From a virus, in IMG/VR virus record IMGVR_UViG_3300025117_001212: a stretch of DNA of 46,940 nt; one strand, 5' to 3'. Each line of letters opens with the position of its first letter. Position 1 is the first letter of the stretch. A model generated the notes under the pieces. The model made no database searches. It was not told where the DNA came from and saw only the letters and a program-made list of their open reading frames with translations. This document shows, one piece after another, positions 9,825 to 18,918 of the stretch. The position numbers and the translations under genes are program-made.

Positions 9825-10391
9825 ATGGTTTTATTAAATCATCCTTGGATCATACTAGACAGATTAGTTGATGTAATCTTAAGTAATGTTAAAGGATGCA
9901 TTGTAGAAATAGGATTAGGCGAATCTACTGAAGTTCTTGCAAGACAGGCTGCTGAAATGAATGTTAAGCATTATGCTTGTGATAAAAGAGGTAAGGTTTG
10001 TGAATGGGTGACTTTCAATGATAATATAGATCACAAGAATATGGTTTTGACTCATTGTTCTTCTTTTGATTTCATGGAAAAATTTAATGATTCACCAGCT
10101 ATTGTGTTTATTGATGGTGATCATCATGCAGAAGTTTTAGGCATTGAAACAGCTTTCTTTTTTGAAAAGATGCTTGTTGGTGGTGTAATGTTTCTTCACG
10201 ATACATGCCCGTGGGAAACTACTTATGACAAAAAAATAAGACAAGGTAGAATTATTGACACATATACCATTAGGAAGACTATTGAGAAGTTTAAATCTGC
10301 AGAAGTTTTTACTTGGCCGTATACTGCAGGAAATTGTGGATTGACTATGATTCTAAAAAAAGATATGAAACAGCCATTCTATAGAATCTAG
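9825..10391 (+). CDS. Class I SAM-dependent methyltransferase
   Basis: IVEIGLGES, FIDGDH, GGVMFLHD motifs. Confidence 0.8.
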   Translation: MVLLNHPWIILDRLVDVILSNVKGCIVEIGLGESTEVLARQAAEMNVKHYACDKRGKVCEWVTFNDNIDHKNMVLTHCSSFDFMEKFNDSPAIVFIDGDHHAEVLGIETAFFFEKMLVGGVMFLHDTCPWETTYDKKIRQGRIIDTYTIRKTIEKFKSAEVFTWPYTAGNCGLTMILKKDMKQPFYRI

Positions 10392-10400
10392 GAGGGGGTT

Positions 10401-11237
10401 ATGACGAAAGGGGCAGTTTATATCGTAATTGATTTTAAAGCATCTGATCCAGGTGATTATTTTGACGACATGGTAATCAGAGATAACTATTATCTTAAAT
10501 TGGCTATAAAATCAGCAAGTAGTCTTAAGAGACATATGCCAGAGATTCCTATAACACTATTCACAAATCTCAATTGTGAACCTCTTAAAGATGTTCCATT
10601 TGATAATTTTATTAATATTCCTGAACCAATAGGTGATATTTGGGTTACTAAATTTGAATGTCTTTTAATCTCTCCATATGATCATACGCTACATATGGAT
10701 GCTGATACATTTGTATGTGATAGGCTTGATGAAGTGTTTGAATCGCTTAATAAATATGATCTAGCTTCGACAATGTCTGTTAGTTGGAATACCAGAAAGA
10801 TATCTGGCGTTCCTAATTGCTTTCCCGAGTTAGCTTTTGGGGTGTTCTGGTGGAGAAAAAATAATGCTACTCAAGAGTTTCTAAATAATACTACAGAGTT
10901 ATTGAAGAAAAGAAAAAGTGGATGTGATGAGCCTTGGGTTAGGGCGGCTCTATATAATAGCGATGTTAAGTTCTATGTTCTTCCATTTGAGTATAATTGT
11001 CTTTATACTCATCCAATCTACTTATTTGATAAAGTGAAAATTATGCATGGGCATAGCCAATCCATAGAAAACGATGCTAAGATTATAAATACAAAAGTTT
11101 ATGACAAATATCCTCCATGGAAAAGATTATTGACTGGGACCAAAATCTTTTTGTTTAAGAAAATCAAACAAAAGCAAATGAAAATTGAGTCTGAAATCGA
11201 ATATGGCGGACTTGGTGGTGGAATATCACGAGCGTAG
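10401..11237 (+). CDS. GT-A fold nucleotide-diphospho-sugar transferase
   Basis: SPYDHTLHMDADT DxD motif; DEP..RAALY, LPFEYN. Confidence 0.75.
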   Translation: MTKGAVYIVIDFKASDPGDYFDDMVIRDNYYLKLAIKSASSLKRHMPEIPITLFTNLNCEPLKDVPFDNFINIPEPIGDIWVTKFECLLISPYDHTLHMDADTFVCDRLDEVFESLNKYDLASTMSVSWNTRKISGVPNCFPELAFGVFWWRKNNATQEFLNNTTELLKKRKSGCDEPWVRAALYNSDVKFYVLPFEYNCLYTHPIYLFDKVKIMHGHSQSIENDAKIINTKVYDKYPPWKRLLTGTKIFLFKKIKQKQMKIESEIEYGGLGGGISRA

Positions 11238-11246
11238 GAGATAACA

Positions 11247-12221
11247 ATGAAGACATTGATTACTGGAGGATTAGGCTTTCTAGGATACCATTTAGCTGAA
11301 TTGTTAGAATCAAAAGGCCATGAAGTAATTATAGTTGATAATTTACAGTCAAATGTGATTGATCCTGAAATTGCTTCTTGCAGATTTGAAGTTTTTGAAA
11401 AATCAATAATGGATATTAATTTTAATCATATGCAATTTGATATTATATATCATTTGGCTTCACCAGTAGGCCCTGTTGGAGTTCTTAAGTATTCTGGCCA
11501 ACTTGCTGAAATGATATTAAATGATTCTAATAAAATAAGAGATGTATGTTTGGCTAAAGGAAAACCTTTTATTTACATTTCAAGTTCAGAAATATATGGG
11601 CATTGTGACCAACTTGACGAAGATTCACAAAAGGTCTTTCCTAATTGTTATACGGTAAGATCAGAATATGGTGCGGCTAAGATGCTTGCTGAGATATCTT
11701 TGGTGAATAAAGCAAGAGTATCTGATTTAAGATATCAAATAATCAGGCCATTTAATGTGGCAGGGCCAAGGCAGTCGCCTACTGGAGGATTTGTCCTTCC
11801 TAGATTTATTTATCAGGCGCTTAATAATAATGATATTACTGTATATGGAACTGGACTACAGAAAAGAGCATTTACCGATGTGAGGGATATGGTTGACGCA
11901 ATTTATTATTTATCAATTAACGAAAATTATAATAATATATGGAATGTTGGAAATTCTGTTAATGAAATGACAATAGGCGGTATTGCATTAAAAGTAATTG
12001 AAACTTTAAATGAGATGGGTATTAAAACTTCTTCAAATATTATTAATATAGATCCAAAGATTTTGCATGGTGATTTGTTTGAAGAAGTCACAGATAAGAT
12101 TCCCTATGCTAAAAAATTATATTCTAATGGATGGAATCCAAAGTATAGTTTTAATGATACAATTAGAGATGCGATTCTAGAGATCATTGAAAGGATTAGT
12201 CATGGCAAAGGCCGTTGTTGA
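11247..12221 (+). CDS. NAD-dependent sugar epimerase/dehydratase
   Basis: TGGLGFLG, SSSEIYG, YGAAK (YxxxK), RPFNVAGPRQ. Confidence 0.9.
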   Translation: MKTLITGGLGFLGYHLAELLESKGHEVIIVDNLQSNVIDPEIASCRFEVFEKSIMDINFNHMQFDIIYHLASPVGPVGVLKYSGQLAEMILNDSNKIRDVCLAKGKPFIYISSSEIYGHCDQLDEDSQKVFPNCYTVRSEYGAAKMLAEISLVNKARVSDLRYQIIRPFNVAGPRQSPTGGFVLPRFIYQALNNNDITVYGTGLQKRAFTDVRDMVDAIYYLSINENYNNIWNVGNSVNEMTIGGIALKVIETLNEMGIKTSSNIINIDPKILHGDLFEEVTDKIPYAKKLYSNGWNPKYSFNDTIRDAILEIIERISHGKGRC

Positions 12222-12792
12222 TAGCCAGTGGGATGTAGGTGGGCACTCAACTGTTTTAGCTGATATCATAACTAAGAGAAATGTAAAGAAGTTTGCTGAA
12301 ATAGGAGTATTTAGAGCCCATAGTGCAAAATATATTCTATATAAATGCCACAATATCATTGATGAATATTGGGGTATTGATAAGTATGACACAAGATGGA
12401 ATGGAGTAACCTATACTCATCCGAAATTAGATGAACACAGATGGCATGAAATGTATATTAGATCATGTAGATTTACGCCATTTTATCCACAGTTTAAAAT
12501 CATGAGAATGAGTAGCGAAGAAGCTGCTCAATTATTTCCAAAAAGATTTTTTCCTGATGGCTATTTTGATTTTGTCTACATTGATGCAGACCATACTTAC
12601 GACATGGTTAAAAATGATATACAATTGTGGCTTCCCATTGTAAAGAAAGGTGGCTTAATAGGTGGCCATGATTATGGATTTCCAGATGAAATATGCAGGT
12701 ATGGGGGAGTTCAGAAAGCTGTTGATGAAATGTTTGAAGCAGATAGGATAGTGGTCTATAAAAAACAAGGTGTCTGGTTGGTGGAGGTCTAG
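12202..12792 (+). CDS. Class I SAM-dependent methyltransferase
   Basis: AEIGVF, DFVYIDADHTY, GGLIGGHDY. Confidence 0.85.
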   Translation: MAKAVVDSQWDVGGHSTVLADIITKRNVKKFAEIGVFRAHSAKYILYKCHNIIDEYWGIDKYDTRWNGVTYTHPKLDEHRWHEMYIRSCRFTPFYPQFKIMRMSSEEAAQLFPKRFFPDGYFDFVYIDADHTYDMVKNDIQLWLPIVKKGGLIGGHDYGFPDEICRYGGVQKAVDEMFEADRIVVYKKQGVWLVEV

Positions 12793-12794
12793 GC

Positions 12795-13484
12795 ATGAGT
12801 GGCAAGATTTTTAAATATGACCCTTATATGTTAAGAATTCTTCAAGATAAAGAAGTGAACTGTTTTATTGATATTGGAGCCAATAAAGGTACAACATCTA
12901 TAATGGCAAGAGTTATATATCCTTTTGCAAAATTAATTGCATTTGAACCCCATGATGAAACATTTGATATTCTAAATGCTCAAGCTGCTCCTTGGGGAAT
13001 TAACTGTTATAGAGAAGCTCTTGGAGCTGGTGAAGATGTTTGGTTTAAACCTGGGAAATTTAGTGGTTTACATAGATTTGTTGATAAAGATATTCTTGAT
13101 AAATCAGAAGATAAATATAATACAAGTGAAAGAACTTATTCTTTGAAAAGTATGTCTTTAATCAATCTTTTCAATAAATATAATATTCCTTATAATAGAA
13201 GTAGTAAGAATGTTATTAAGATTGATTGTGAGGGTGGAGAAAAATGTTTATTGGGAGATGATGAATCTAGAAAAATAATTGAGAATGCCTTAATGGTAAC
13301 GATGGAACTTCATTTAGGATATGTTGGAAGTTATCAATTATGGGAAGATTGGTTTAAATCATTTAATGAAACGCATGTTCTTTATGGTTGGGAAATTAGA
13401 GATAATAAAAGCTATTATCTTCTAATTAATGAATTTCCTAGAAAAGGATGCTCTCAATTGATTCTTCTAAATAGAAATCATTAA
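12795..13484 (+). CDS. FkbM-family methyltransferase
   Basis: FIDIGANKG, AFEP, IKIDCEGGE. Confidence 0.85.
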   Translation: MSGKIFKYDPYMLRILQDKEVNCFIDIGANKGTTSIMARVIYPFAKLIAFEPHDETFDILNAQAAPWGINCYREALGAGEDVWFKPGKFSGLHRFVDKDILDKSEDKYNTSERTYSLKSMSLINLFNKYNIPYNRSSKNVIKIDCEGGEKCLLGDDESRKIIENALMVTMELHLGYVGSYQLWEDWFKSFNETHVLYGWEIRDNKSYYLLINEFPRKGCSQLILLNRNH

Positions 13485-13486
13485 TT

Positions 13487-14050
13487 ATGAGATTAGATCC
13501 AGAAACGGGAATTTGGTCAGCTAGGCTTGCTAGAAAAAATCACAAGCATGATGAAGGTCTTGCTAGTGAAATATTAAAATTTTTTCATCCTAAAAAATTT
13601 GCTGACGTAGGTTGTGGTGATGGATGGTATTGTTCTAAATTCAAAGAGGCAGGATGGCCTATTGTTCACGGGTATGATGGGACATTTGGTGTTTCAAAAT
13701 TAGGAATTTATAAAGATATTATGACAGTTGATCTTACTAAAGAAAGGTATGTTGGTATTGATTATGATTTAGTGATGTGCTTAGAAGTAGGTGAACATAT
13801 TCCAGAAAAATTTGAAACAATATTTATTGAAAATCTAGTTCGCTATTGCTCTAGATATTTGATACTAAGTTGGGCTCCTCCAGGCCAAAAAGGTTCTGGG
13901 CATGTTAATTGCAGAGATTATAAATATGTGATGCAAAAAATGCTCAAATATGGTTTTGAACTTCACGAAGAATTGACTATAAGGCTTCAAGTGGCAGCAG
14001 ATTTACCTTGGCTAAAAAAAAATACGAGGGCGTATGAGAAAGCTAGCTGA
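13487..14050 (+). CDS. SAM-dependent methyltransferase
   Basis: ADVGCGDG, CLEVGEHI, WAPPGQKGSGHVNC. Confidence 0.85.
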   Translation: MRLDPETGIWSARLARKNHKHDEGLASEILKFFHPKKFADVGCGDGWYCSKFKEAGWPIVHGYDGTFGVSKLGIYKDIMTVDLTKERYVGIDYDLVMCLEVGEHIPEKFETIFIENLVRYCSRYLILSWAPPGQKGSGHVNCRDYKYVMQKMLKYGFELHEELTIRLQVAADLPWLKKNTRAYEKAS

Positions 14051-14089
14051 GCAAGTCTTTGATGTAATTCTTAATAAAAATGGGATCTT

Positions 14090-14959
14090 ATGATAGAATT
14101 TAATAAAATAGTTATTAAAGAATTATTTAGTAATATTTTCGAACATGGGGCATGGACTATTTTTGTTGATGAAAAATATAAAACATGTGACGATGGCGAG
14201 TCCATTCTTGTGAATAATAAAATTTCACTATGTACAACTGTTATGAACCGAAGTGATGATTTAATTAGGTCATTGCCACAAAACATAGAGGATAATAAGG
14301 ATTATCCTAACCTAGAGTTTTTGATATTAGATTATAATAGCTCTAGTAATGAATTAATTAAGCTAATTAATTTTTTATCACAACCATTATATTTAGAATT
14401 AATAAACGAAGGTAGATTAATATTTTATAGGACTGAAGAACCTAGTCATTATAGTATGTCTCATTCGCGGAATATTGCTTTTAAGCAGGCCAAGGGTGAT
14501 ATCGTAGTGAATGTAGATGCTGATAACTTAACTAATAAAGGATTTGCGTCAAAAATAAATCAATTGGCAAATGCTAAACCAGAAATGGCCATTTTTGCAA
14601 AAGGTAAAAGAATGTTAAGAGGCAGACTTGGATTCTATAAAAAAGAATTTATAGAATTACTTGGGGGGTACAACGAAGACTTCATTGGTTATGGTGTAGA
14701 TGATAGAGATATCATGTGCAGAGCTTTTGGGTTAGGATTTACAGCCATGTGTTTTGGAGGTAAATATTTTGGAATAGTAGAGCAAATAATTAAAGAAAAT
14801 AAGACTATAAATATGATTAATCAAAATTGGAAGTATACAGAAAAATTGAACAAAATTATTTCATTTTTTAATTTAGCTTATGGTCTTTATAAAGCTAACA
14901 TAAATAGAAAATGGGGAGTTGTTAATGATCTTAAATCATTTTGGGAATTGGAATTATAA
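14090..14959 (+). CDS. GT2/GT7-like glycosyltransferase whose 3' third is a recoded allele associated with the TnpB cassette
   Basis: ISLCTTVMNR, SRNIAF, VNVDADN, GGYNEDFIGYGVDDRD. Confidence 0.85.
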   Translation: MIEFNKIVIKELFSNIFEHGAWTIFVDEKYKTCDDGESILVNNKISLCTTVMNRSDDLIRSLPQNIEDNKDYPNLEFLILDYNSSSNELIKLINFLSQPLYLELINEGRLIFYRTEEPSHYSMSHSRNIAFKQAKGDIVVNVDADNLTNKGFASKINQLANAKPEMAIFAKGKRMLRGRLGFYKKEFIELLGGYNEDFIGYGVDDRDIMCRAFGLGFTAMCFGGKYFGIVEQIIKENKTINMINQNWKYTEKLNKIISFFNLAYGLYKANINRKWGVVNDLKSFWELEL

Positions 14960-16243
14960 TGTTTTTTAAATCTATAACATATAGAATCTATCCTACTAAA
15001 TCTCAAGAACAGATGTTTAATCAATTCTGTGGTAATAATAGATTTGTTTGGAATCACTTCTTGATGAGAAATATTAAACATCATTTTGTTAGTGGTAAGT
15101 TTATCTTTGGATATGATATGTGTAAGGAGTTAACTAAATTAAAAGAAGAATATGAATGGTTAAAATTATCACCAGCACAATCGCTCCAACAGCAATGTTT
15201 GAATCTTGATAAAGCTATCAAGAATTGTTATAAATCTGAATTTGGATTTCCTAAGTTTAAAAAGAAAGGTAAATCTAAAGAAAGTTTTAAAATAGTTCAA
15301 AGATTTTGGTTTTCTAAATCAAGAAAATCCATAAGAATACCTAAAATTGGATTCATTAGAATTAAGCCTAAAATCAATATTAATTTAAAAGATATCAAGA
15401 ATGTAACCATCAAAAAGATCAATAATCATTGGTATCTTTCTATATGTCATCAATTCAATATCTTTAGAACCCCAATGACTGGGAAAAGAGTTGGATTAGA
15501 TTTAGGAACTGTTAGGTTAGCAACTCTCAGTAATGGTAAAGTGATTGATAAGTTTGAAGACAAAGAATTAGTAAAAAAATTTAAATCAACTCAAAGAAAA
15601 CTAGAAAGGAGAACTAGAAGAAATCGTAAGTATAGAATGAAAAAAATTCAATCTATTAGTCGTGCAAAAACCAAGCAATCACTATCTAGATTGAATAAGA
15701 AACTTAGAGACAAGAGAAAAGATTACTTAGATAAAGTTTCTAAGAAGTTAGTGAAACGATATGACGTGATCTGTATTGAAGACTTGAAAATATCCAATAT
15801 GACTAGACAAGTAAGAGAAAATGAAGATGGATCTCCAAGAAAAAGTGTTAGTGCCAAATCAGGATTGAATAGAGAAATACTCAATCAATCTTGGGGTCAA
15901 CTGATAAACATGTTAGATTATAAATCTAAGTGGTTCAATAAGAGTATGATTAAAGTAGATCCCCATCACACATCACAAAGATGTAGTGAATGTGGATTCA
16001 CTCACAAGAGAAATAGGAGATCACAATCAGAATTTAAGTGCTTAAAGTGTGGTTATGAGCTAAATGCAGATCACAATGCTGCAAAGAATATCAAAAGATT
16101 AGGTATTAGGCAATGGAAAAAAGGCAGCGTAGAATTAAAAAGGTTTGGACGTAACCATGTGGAGGACTCACAGAGTCTAATGAAGCTAGAAAGTTCTATC
16201 TTAGATGGTAGATGCCTTAGAAGTAATTCTAAGGAAACGTCAT
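14693..16243 (+). mobile_element. TnpB cassette 1 (recoded gene end, tnpB, omega-RNA); no tnpA
   Basis: Bounded by a diverged duplication of the glycosyltransferase 3' end starting at 14693 and at 16244. Confidence 0.7.
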
Positions 16244-16251
16244 GGAGCTGA
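14959..16251 (+). CDS. tnpB: TnpB RNA-guided endonuclease (IS200/IS605 family), copy 1
   Basis: YRIYPT N-terminus, GLDLG, IEDL, CSECG..CLKCG zinc finger, NADHNAA; ATG overlaps the upstream TAA; ORF reads through the omega-RNA. Confidence 0.95.
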   Translation: MFFKSITYRIYPTKSQEQMFNQFCGNNRFVWNHFLMRNIKHHFVSGKFIFGYDMCKELTKLKEEYEWLKLSPAQSLQQQCLNLDKAIKNCYKSEFGFPKFKKKGKSKESFKIVQRFWFSKSRKSIRIPKIGFIRIKPKININLKDIKNVTIKKINNHWYLSICHQFNIFRTPMTGKRVGLDLGTVRLATLSNGKVIDKFEDKELVKKFKSTQRKLERRTRRNRKYRMKKIQSISRAKTKQSLSRLNKKLRDKRKDYLDKVSKKLVKRYDVICIEDLKISNMTRQVRENEDGSPRKSVSAKSGLNREILNQSWGQLINMLDYKSKWFNKSMIKVDPHHTSQRCSECGFTHKRNRRSQSEFKCLKCGYELNADHNAAKNIKRLGIRQWKKGSVELKRFGRNHVEDSQSLMKLESSILDGRCLRSNSKETSWS

Positions 16252-16263
16252 TGATAGAGACAT
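16120..16263 (+). ncRNA. TnpB omega-RNA (scaffold to 16243, guide about 16244-16263)
   Basis: ~105 nt block conserved in all three copies, ending GAAACGTCAT, with several hairpins; conservation stops abruptly after it; 5' end approximate. Confidence 0.8.
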
Positions 16264-16501
16264 TCTTAATAGGGCATTTGGACTTGGATTTACGGCTATG
16301 TGTTTTGGTAAGAAATACATAAATGTGGTTACTGAAAAACAAAGTAAAACTATAAATATGATAAACAAGAATTGGCGTTATACTGAAAAATTGAATAAAG
16401 TCATTTCTTTCTTTAATCTTTTGTATGGAATCTATAGAGCTAATGAAAATAGAGAATGGGGAGAGGCACCCCTTATATCATTCAAGGATGTTTCTGTATG
16501 A
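16205..16501 (+). pseudogene. Displaced original 3' end of the glycosyltransferase, still an open frame from an ATG inside the omega-RNA
   Basis: GADDRDILNRAFGLGFTAMCFG... aligns with the last ~88 aa of 14090..14959; its TGA overlaps the next ATG. Confidence 0.8.
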
Positions 16502-17199
16502 AGAACCTTATAGTCGCAAATATGAGTAATACTTGGAGATATTGTCCAGAACATATTTCACTATTAATTAATGCTCAAATTGAAAATTCTCTTGAACTTG
16601 GATGGCTACCAGAAGATATAATTCTTATTGCTAATTTTGATCATGAATTCATGGGCGTTAAGGCTCATAATACTGAACTTAATAAAACTTGTTTGACTGG
16701 TAGTAAAATGTTTGCAGTCAAATGGTTCTATGATAATGTTTCTATAGACACAATATGGGCGCATGATTTAGATGCTTGGCAGAATTGGCCTTTTAAAGAA
16801 CCTGAATTTAAAGATGTCGGGGTATGTTGTTACAGTAGACCTAAGTTCAATGGGGGAAGTGTCTTTTGGAAAAGTAGTGCGAAAGATATTGTTAGTGATA
16901 TTGTAAATAATATCCTTAGTGGTGAACAGAGAAAAGAAGAACCAACCCTTAATAGATTATTGAAATCAAAGTATAAAGATAGAGTTACTGTTCTTAACAA
17001 TACATATAATGTGGGATGCAGTGGGTTTATTCCAAGATTTCAAAGAAGCGAAAAGCCTATCAAGGTTTGCCATTTTCACCCTTACAAGCGAAGAGCTTGG
17101 AGGGCTTTCATGACTCCAATTGTAGATAATTCAATAGCTGGTTCAATAAGATTAGAAAGATTACTTAGGAAGTATTATAGTAAATTTATTACGGGGTAA
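16498..17199 (+). CDS. Putative glycosyltransferase (GT-A-like)
   Basis: WAHDLDAW DxD-like motif, FNGGSVFW, LNNTYN, HFHP; position in the glycosylation cluster. Confidence 0.6.
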   Translation: MKNLIVANMSNTWRYCPEHISLLINAQIENSLELGWLPEDIILIANFDHEFMGVKAHNTELNKTCLTGSKMFAVKWFYDNVSIDTIWAHDLDAWQNWPFKEPEFKDVGVCCYSRPKFNGGSVFWKSSAKDIVSDIVNNILSGEQRKEEPTLNRLLKSKYKDRVTVLNNTYNVGCSGFIPRFQRSEKPIKVCHFHPYKRRAWRAFMTPIVDNSIAGSIRLERLLRKYYSKFITG

Positions 17200-17534
17200 T
17201 GGTCATGCCAACTTCACCATCATCATTTACCAAACAACCATATGAAGAATTTGTCATAGGTATATCTTTTAAAAAGAGATTAGATTCTGATGAAACAATA
17301 ACTGCAAAAACTGTTACTGCTACACTATCCAGTGCTGATGCTACTAGTACAGTAATAGCTGGATCAGAAATTGGAACGGATGAATATGCTGGATATATAT
17401 TAATAGGAGTGAAAGGCGGGGTTACTGGAAGCACTTACAAGATAACAACTAAAATCACAACAGACAAACAATTACCTGATGATAGTTATCAGAAGTTTGA
17501 ATCCGATATTAACATGAGAATTGTTGAAACTTAA
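17199..17534 (+). CDS. Phage fibre-tail adaptor-like protein
   Basis: FTKQPYEEF..GISF...VKGGVTGSTYKIT pattern. Confidence 0.6.
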   Translation: MVMPTSPSSFTKQPYEEFVIGISFKKRLDSDETITAKTVTATLSSADATSTVIAGSEIGTDEYAGYILIGVKGGVTGSTYKITTKITTDKQLPDDSYQKFESDINMRIVET

Positions 17535-17549
17535 TTAACCGAGGAGGCT

Positions 17550-18659
17550 GTGATGATAAGCACCATAACTTTACTTGAAAATCAAGAGATCTGGTTGAAT
17601 GAATATGCTGAATCAGATCCTGTACAATTGTCATATTTCGCCCCTGGTGGGAATATGGCATTGGATGTAGTTATTACAGGAATTGGTCATATTAAGATTG
17701 ATAGATATATTGCTGATTCTTCTGATGGTACATTTTTCACTGATTCTTCATGGGGAGTAGTTACTGCGTCTCAGTCAGCAGGACATAAAAGGCATACTGT
17801 AGCGATTGATCCTGTTAGTGAATTTATTAAATTCAGATTTACTGAAATAAGTGGGGTTCTTTCTAGTTCTAGTTCGCAATCAAGCAGTTCACAATCAAGC
17901 AGTTCTTCAGCTAGTAGTGAATCTAGTTCTAGTAGTTCTTCACAATCTAGCAGTTCTTCTGTTAGCAGTGGTTCTAGTGCTAGTAGTTCTAGTGAATCTA
18001 GCAGTTCTTCAGCTAGTAGTGGTTCAAGTGCTAGTAGTTCTTCTACTTCTAGCTCTTCTAGTAGTGAATCTAGCTCTAGTTCTCAAGAGAGTTCAAGTTC
18101 TAGCACTTCTAGTTCTTCTAGCAGTGAATCTAGTTCCAGTTCCTCGCAATCTAGTAGTTCTCAAGAATCTAGTAGTTCTAGTGAATCTAGCAGTTCTGAA
18201 GCTTATTTTAAATCTAGTAGTTCTAGTTCTTCAACTTCATCCTTGAGCTCTTCACATTCTAGTGAATCTAGTTCAAGTAGCTCTACATCATCGATATCAA
18301 GTTCTAGTGAATCGTTATCTAGTGAAAGCAGTTCTTCAAGTTCGACGTCAAGCAGCTCTAGCTCTGAAGAATCAAGCTCTAGTTCACAATCGTCTAGTTC
18401 CGAGGAATCAAGCTCTAGTTCCAGTCAATCTAGTTCAAGCAGTTCTGGATCTAGTTGGTCATCTAGTTCTGAATCTTCTAGCTCTAGTGCTTCTAGTGAA
18501 TCTAGTTCAAGCATTTCTAGTTCTAGTACATCTAGTTCTTCGAGTTCCCAGTCGAGTGAGTCTAGTACTTCTTCTAGTTCTCAATCTTCAAGTTCCTCAA
18601 CCAGTAGCGAAGCACCTTCTGCGGTAAGTGTTACTGCGAAGTTGATTATCATGGGGTAG
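17550..18659 (+). CDS. Poly-serine virion-like protein
   Basis: GGAGG RBS; ~250 aa Ser tract inserted before the last beta-strand-like segment (AVSVTAKLIIMG). Confidence 0.7.
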   Translation: MMISTITLLENQEIWLNEYAESDPVQLSYFAPGGNMALDVVITGIGHIKIDRYIADSSDGTFFTDSSWGVVTASQSAGHKRHTVAIDPVSEFIKFRFTEISGVLSSSSSQSSSSQSSSSSASSESSSSSSSQSSSSSVSSGSSASSSSESSSSSASSGSSASSSSTSSSSSSESSSSSQESSSSSTSSSSSSESSSSSSQSSSSQESSSSSESSSSEAYFKSSSSSSSTSSLSSSHSSESSSSSSTSSISSSSESLSSESSSSSSTSSSSSSEESSSSSQSSSSEESSSSSSQSSSSSSGSSWSSSSESSSSSASSESSSSISSSSTSSSSSSQSSESSTSSSSQSSSSSTSSEAPSAVSVTAKLIIMG

Positions 18660-18769
18660 GTGGCTCGGCAGGTATATTGCAAGGTAAATTACGTGGCTCG
18701 TTTTGCTGTTTTAAATTGCTCGTGGCGTGTTTTTAGGTATGGTTATGGCTAAAGTTATAGGTGCAAAAA

Positions 18770-18910
18770 TTGCGAGGTATTTTATAGTATCTCGCAAAAG
18801 CATGGCTGTCAGTGAGCCTCCGCAGGTCTGCTGCCGACCTGAACTGACAGTCTAGCGGGGGAAACCCTGCGACAACACTCCCGGGGAGAAGCCCTCCCTC
18901 CCCGGGAGTT
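18770..18910. terminator. Cluster of GC-rich hairpins between convergent arms (terminators or structured RNA)
   Basis: ttgcgag/ctcgcaa, ctgtcagt/actgacag with inner caggtc/gacctg, actcccggggag/ctccccgggagt. Confidence 0.55.
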
Positions 18911-18918
18911 CTATATAT

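Noticed and set aside
14693-16243. IStron (group I intron plus tnpB) explanation for the gene-internal TnpB
   Set aside because: No intron-sized non-coding region upstream of tnpB1 or tnpB2; the conserved end is CAT, not the terminal G of group I introns
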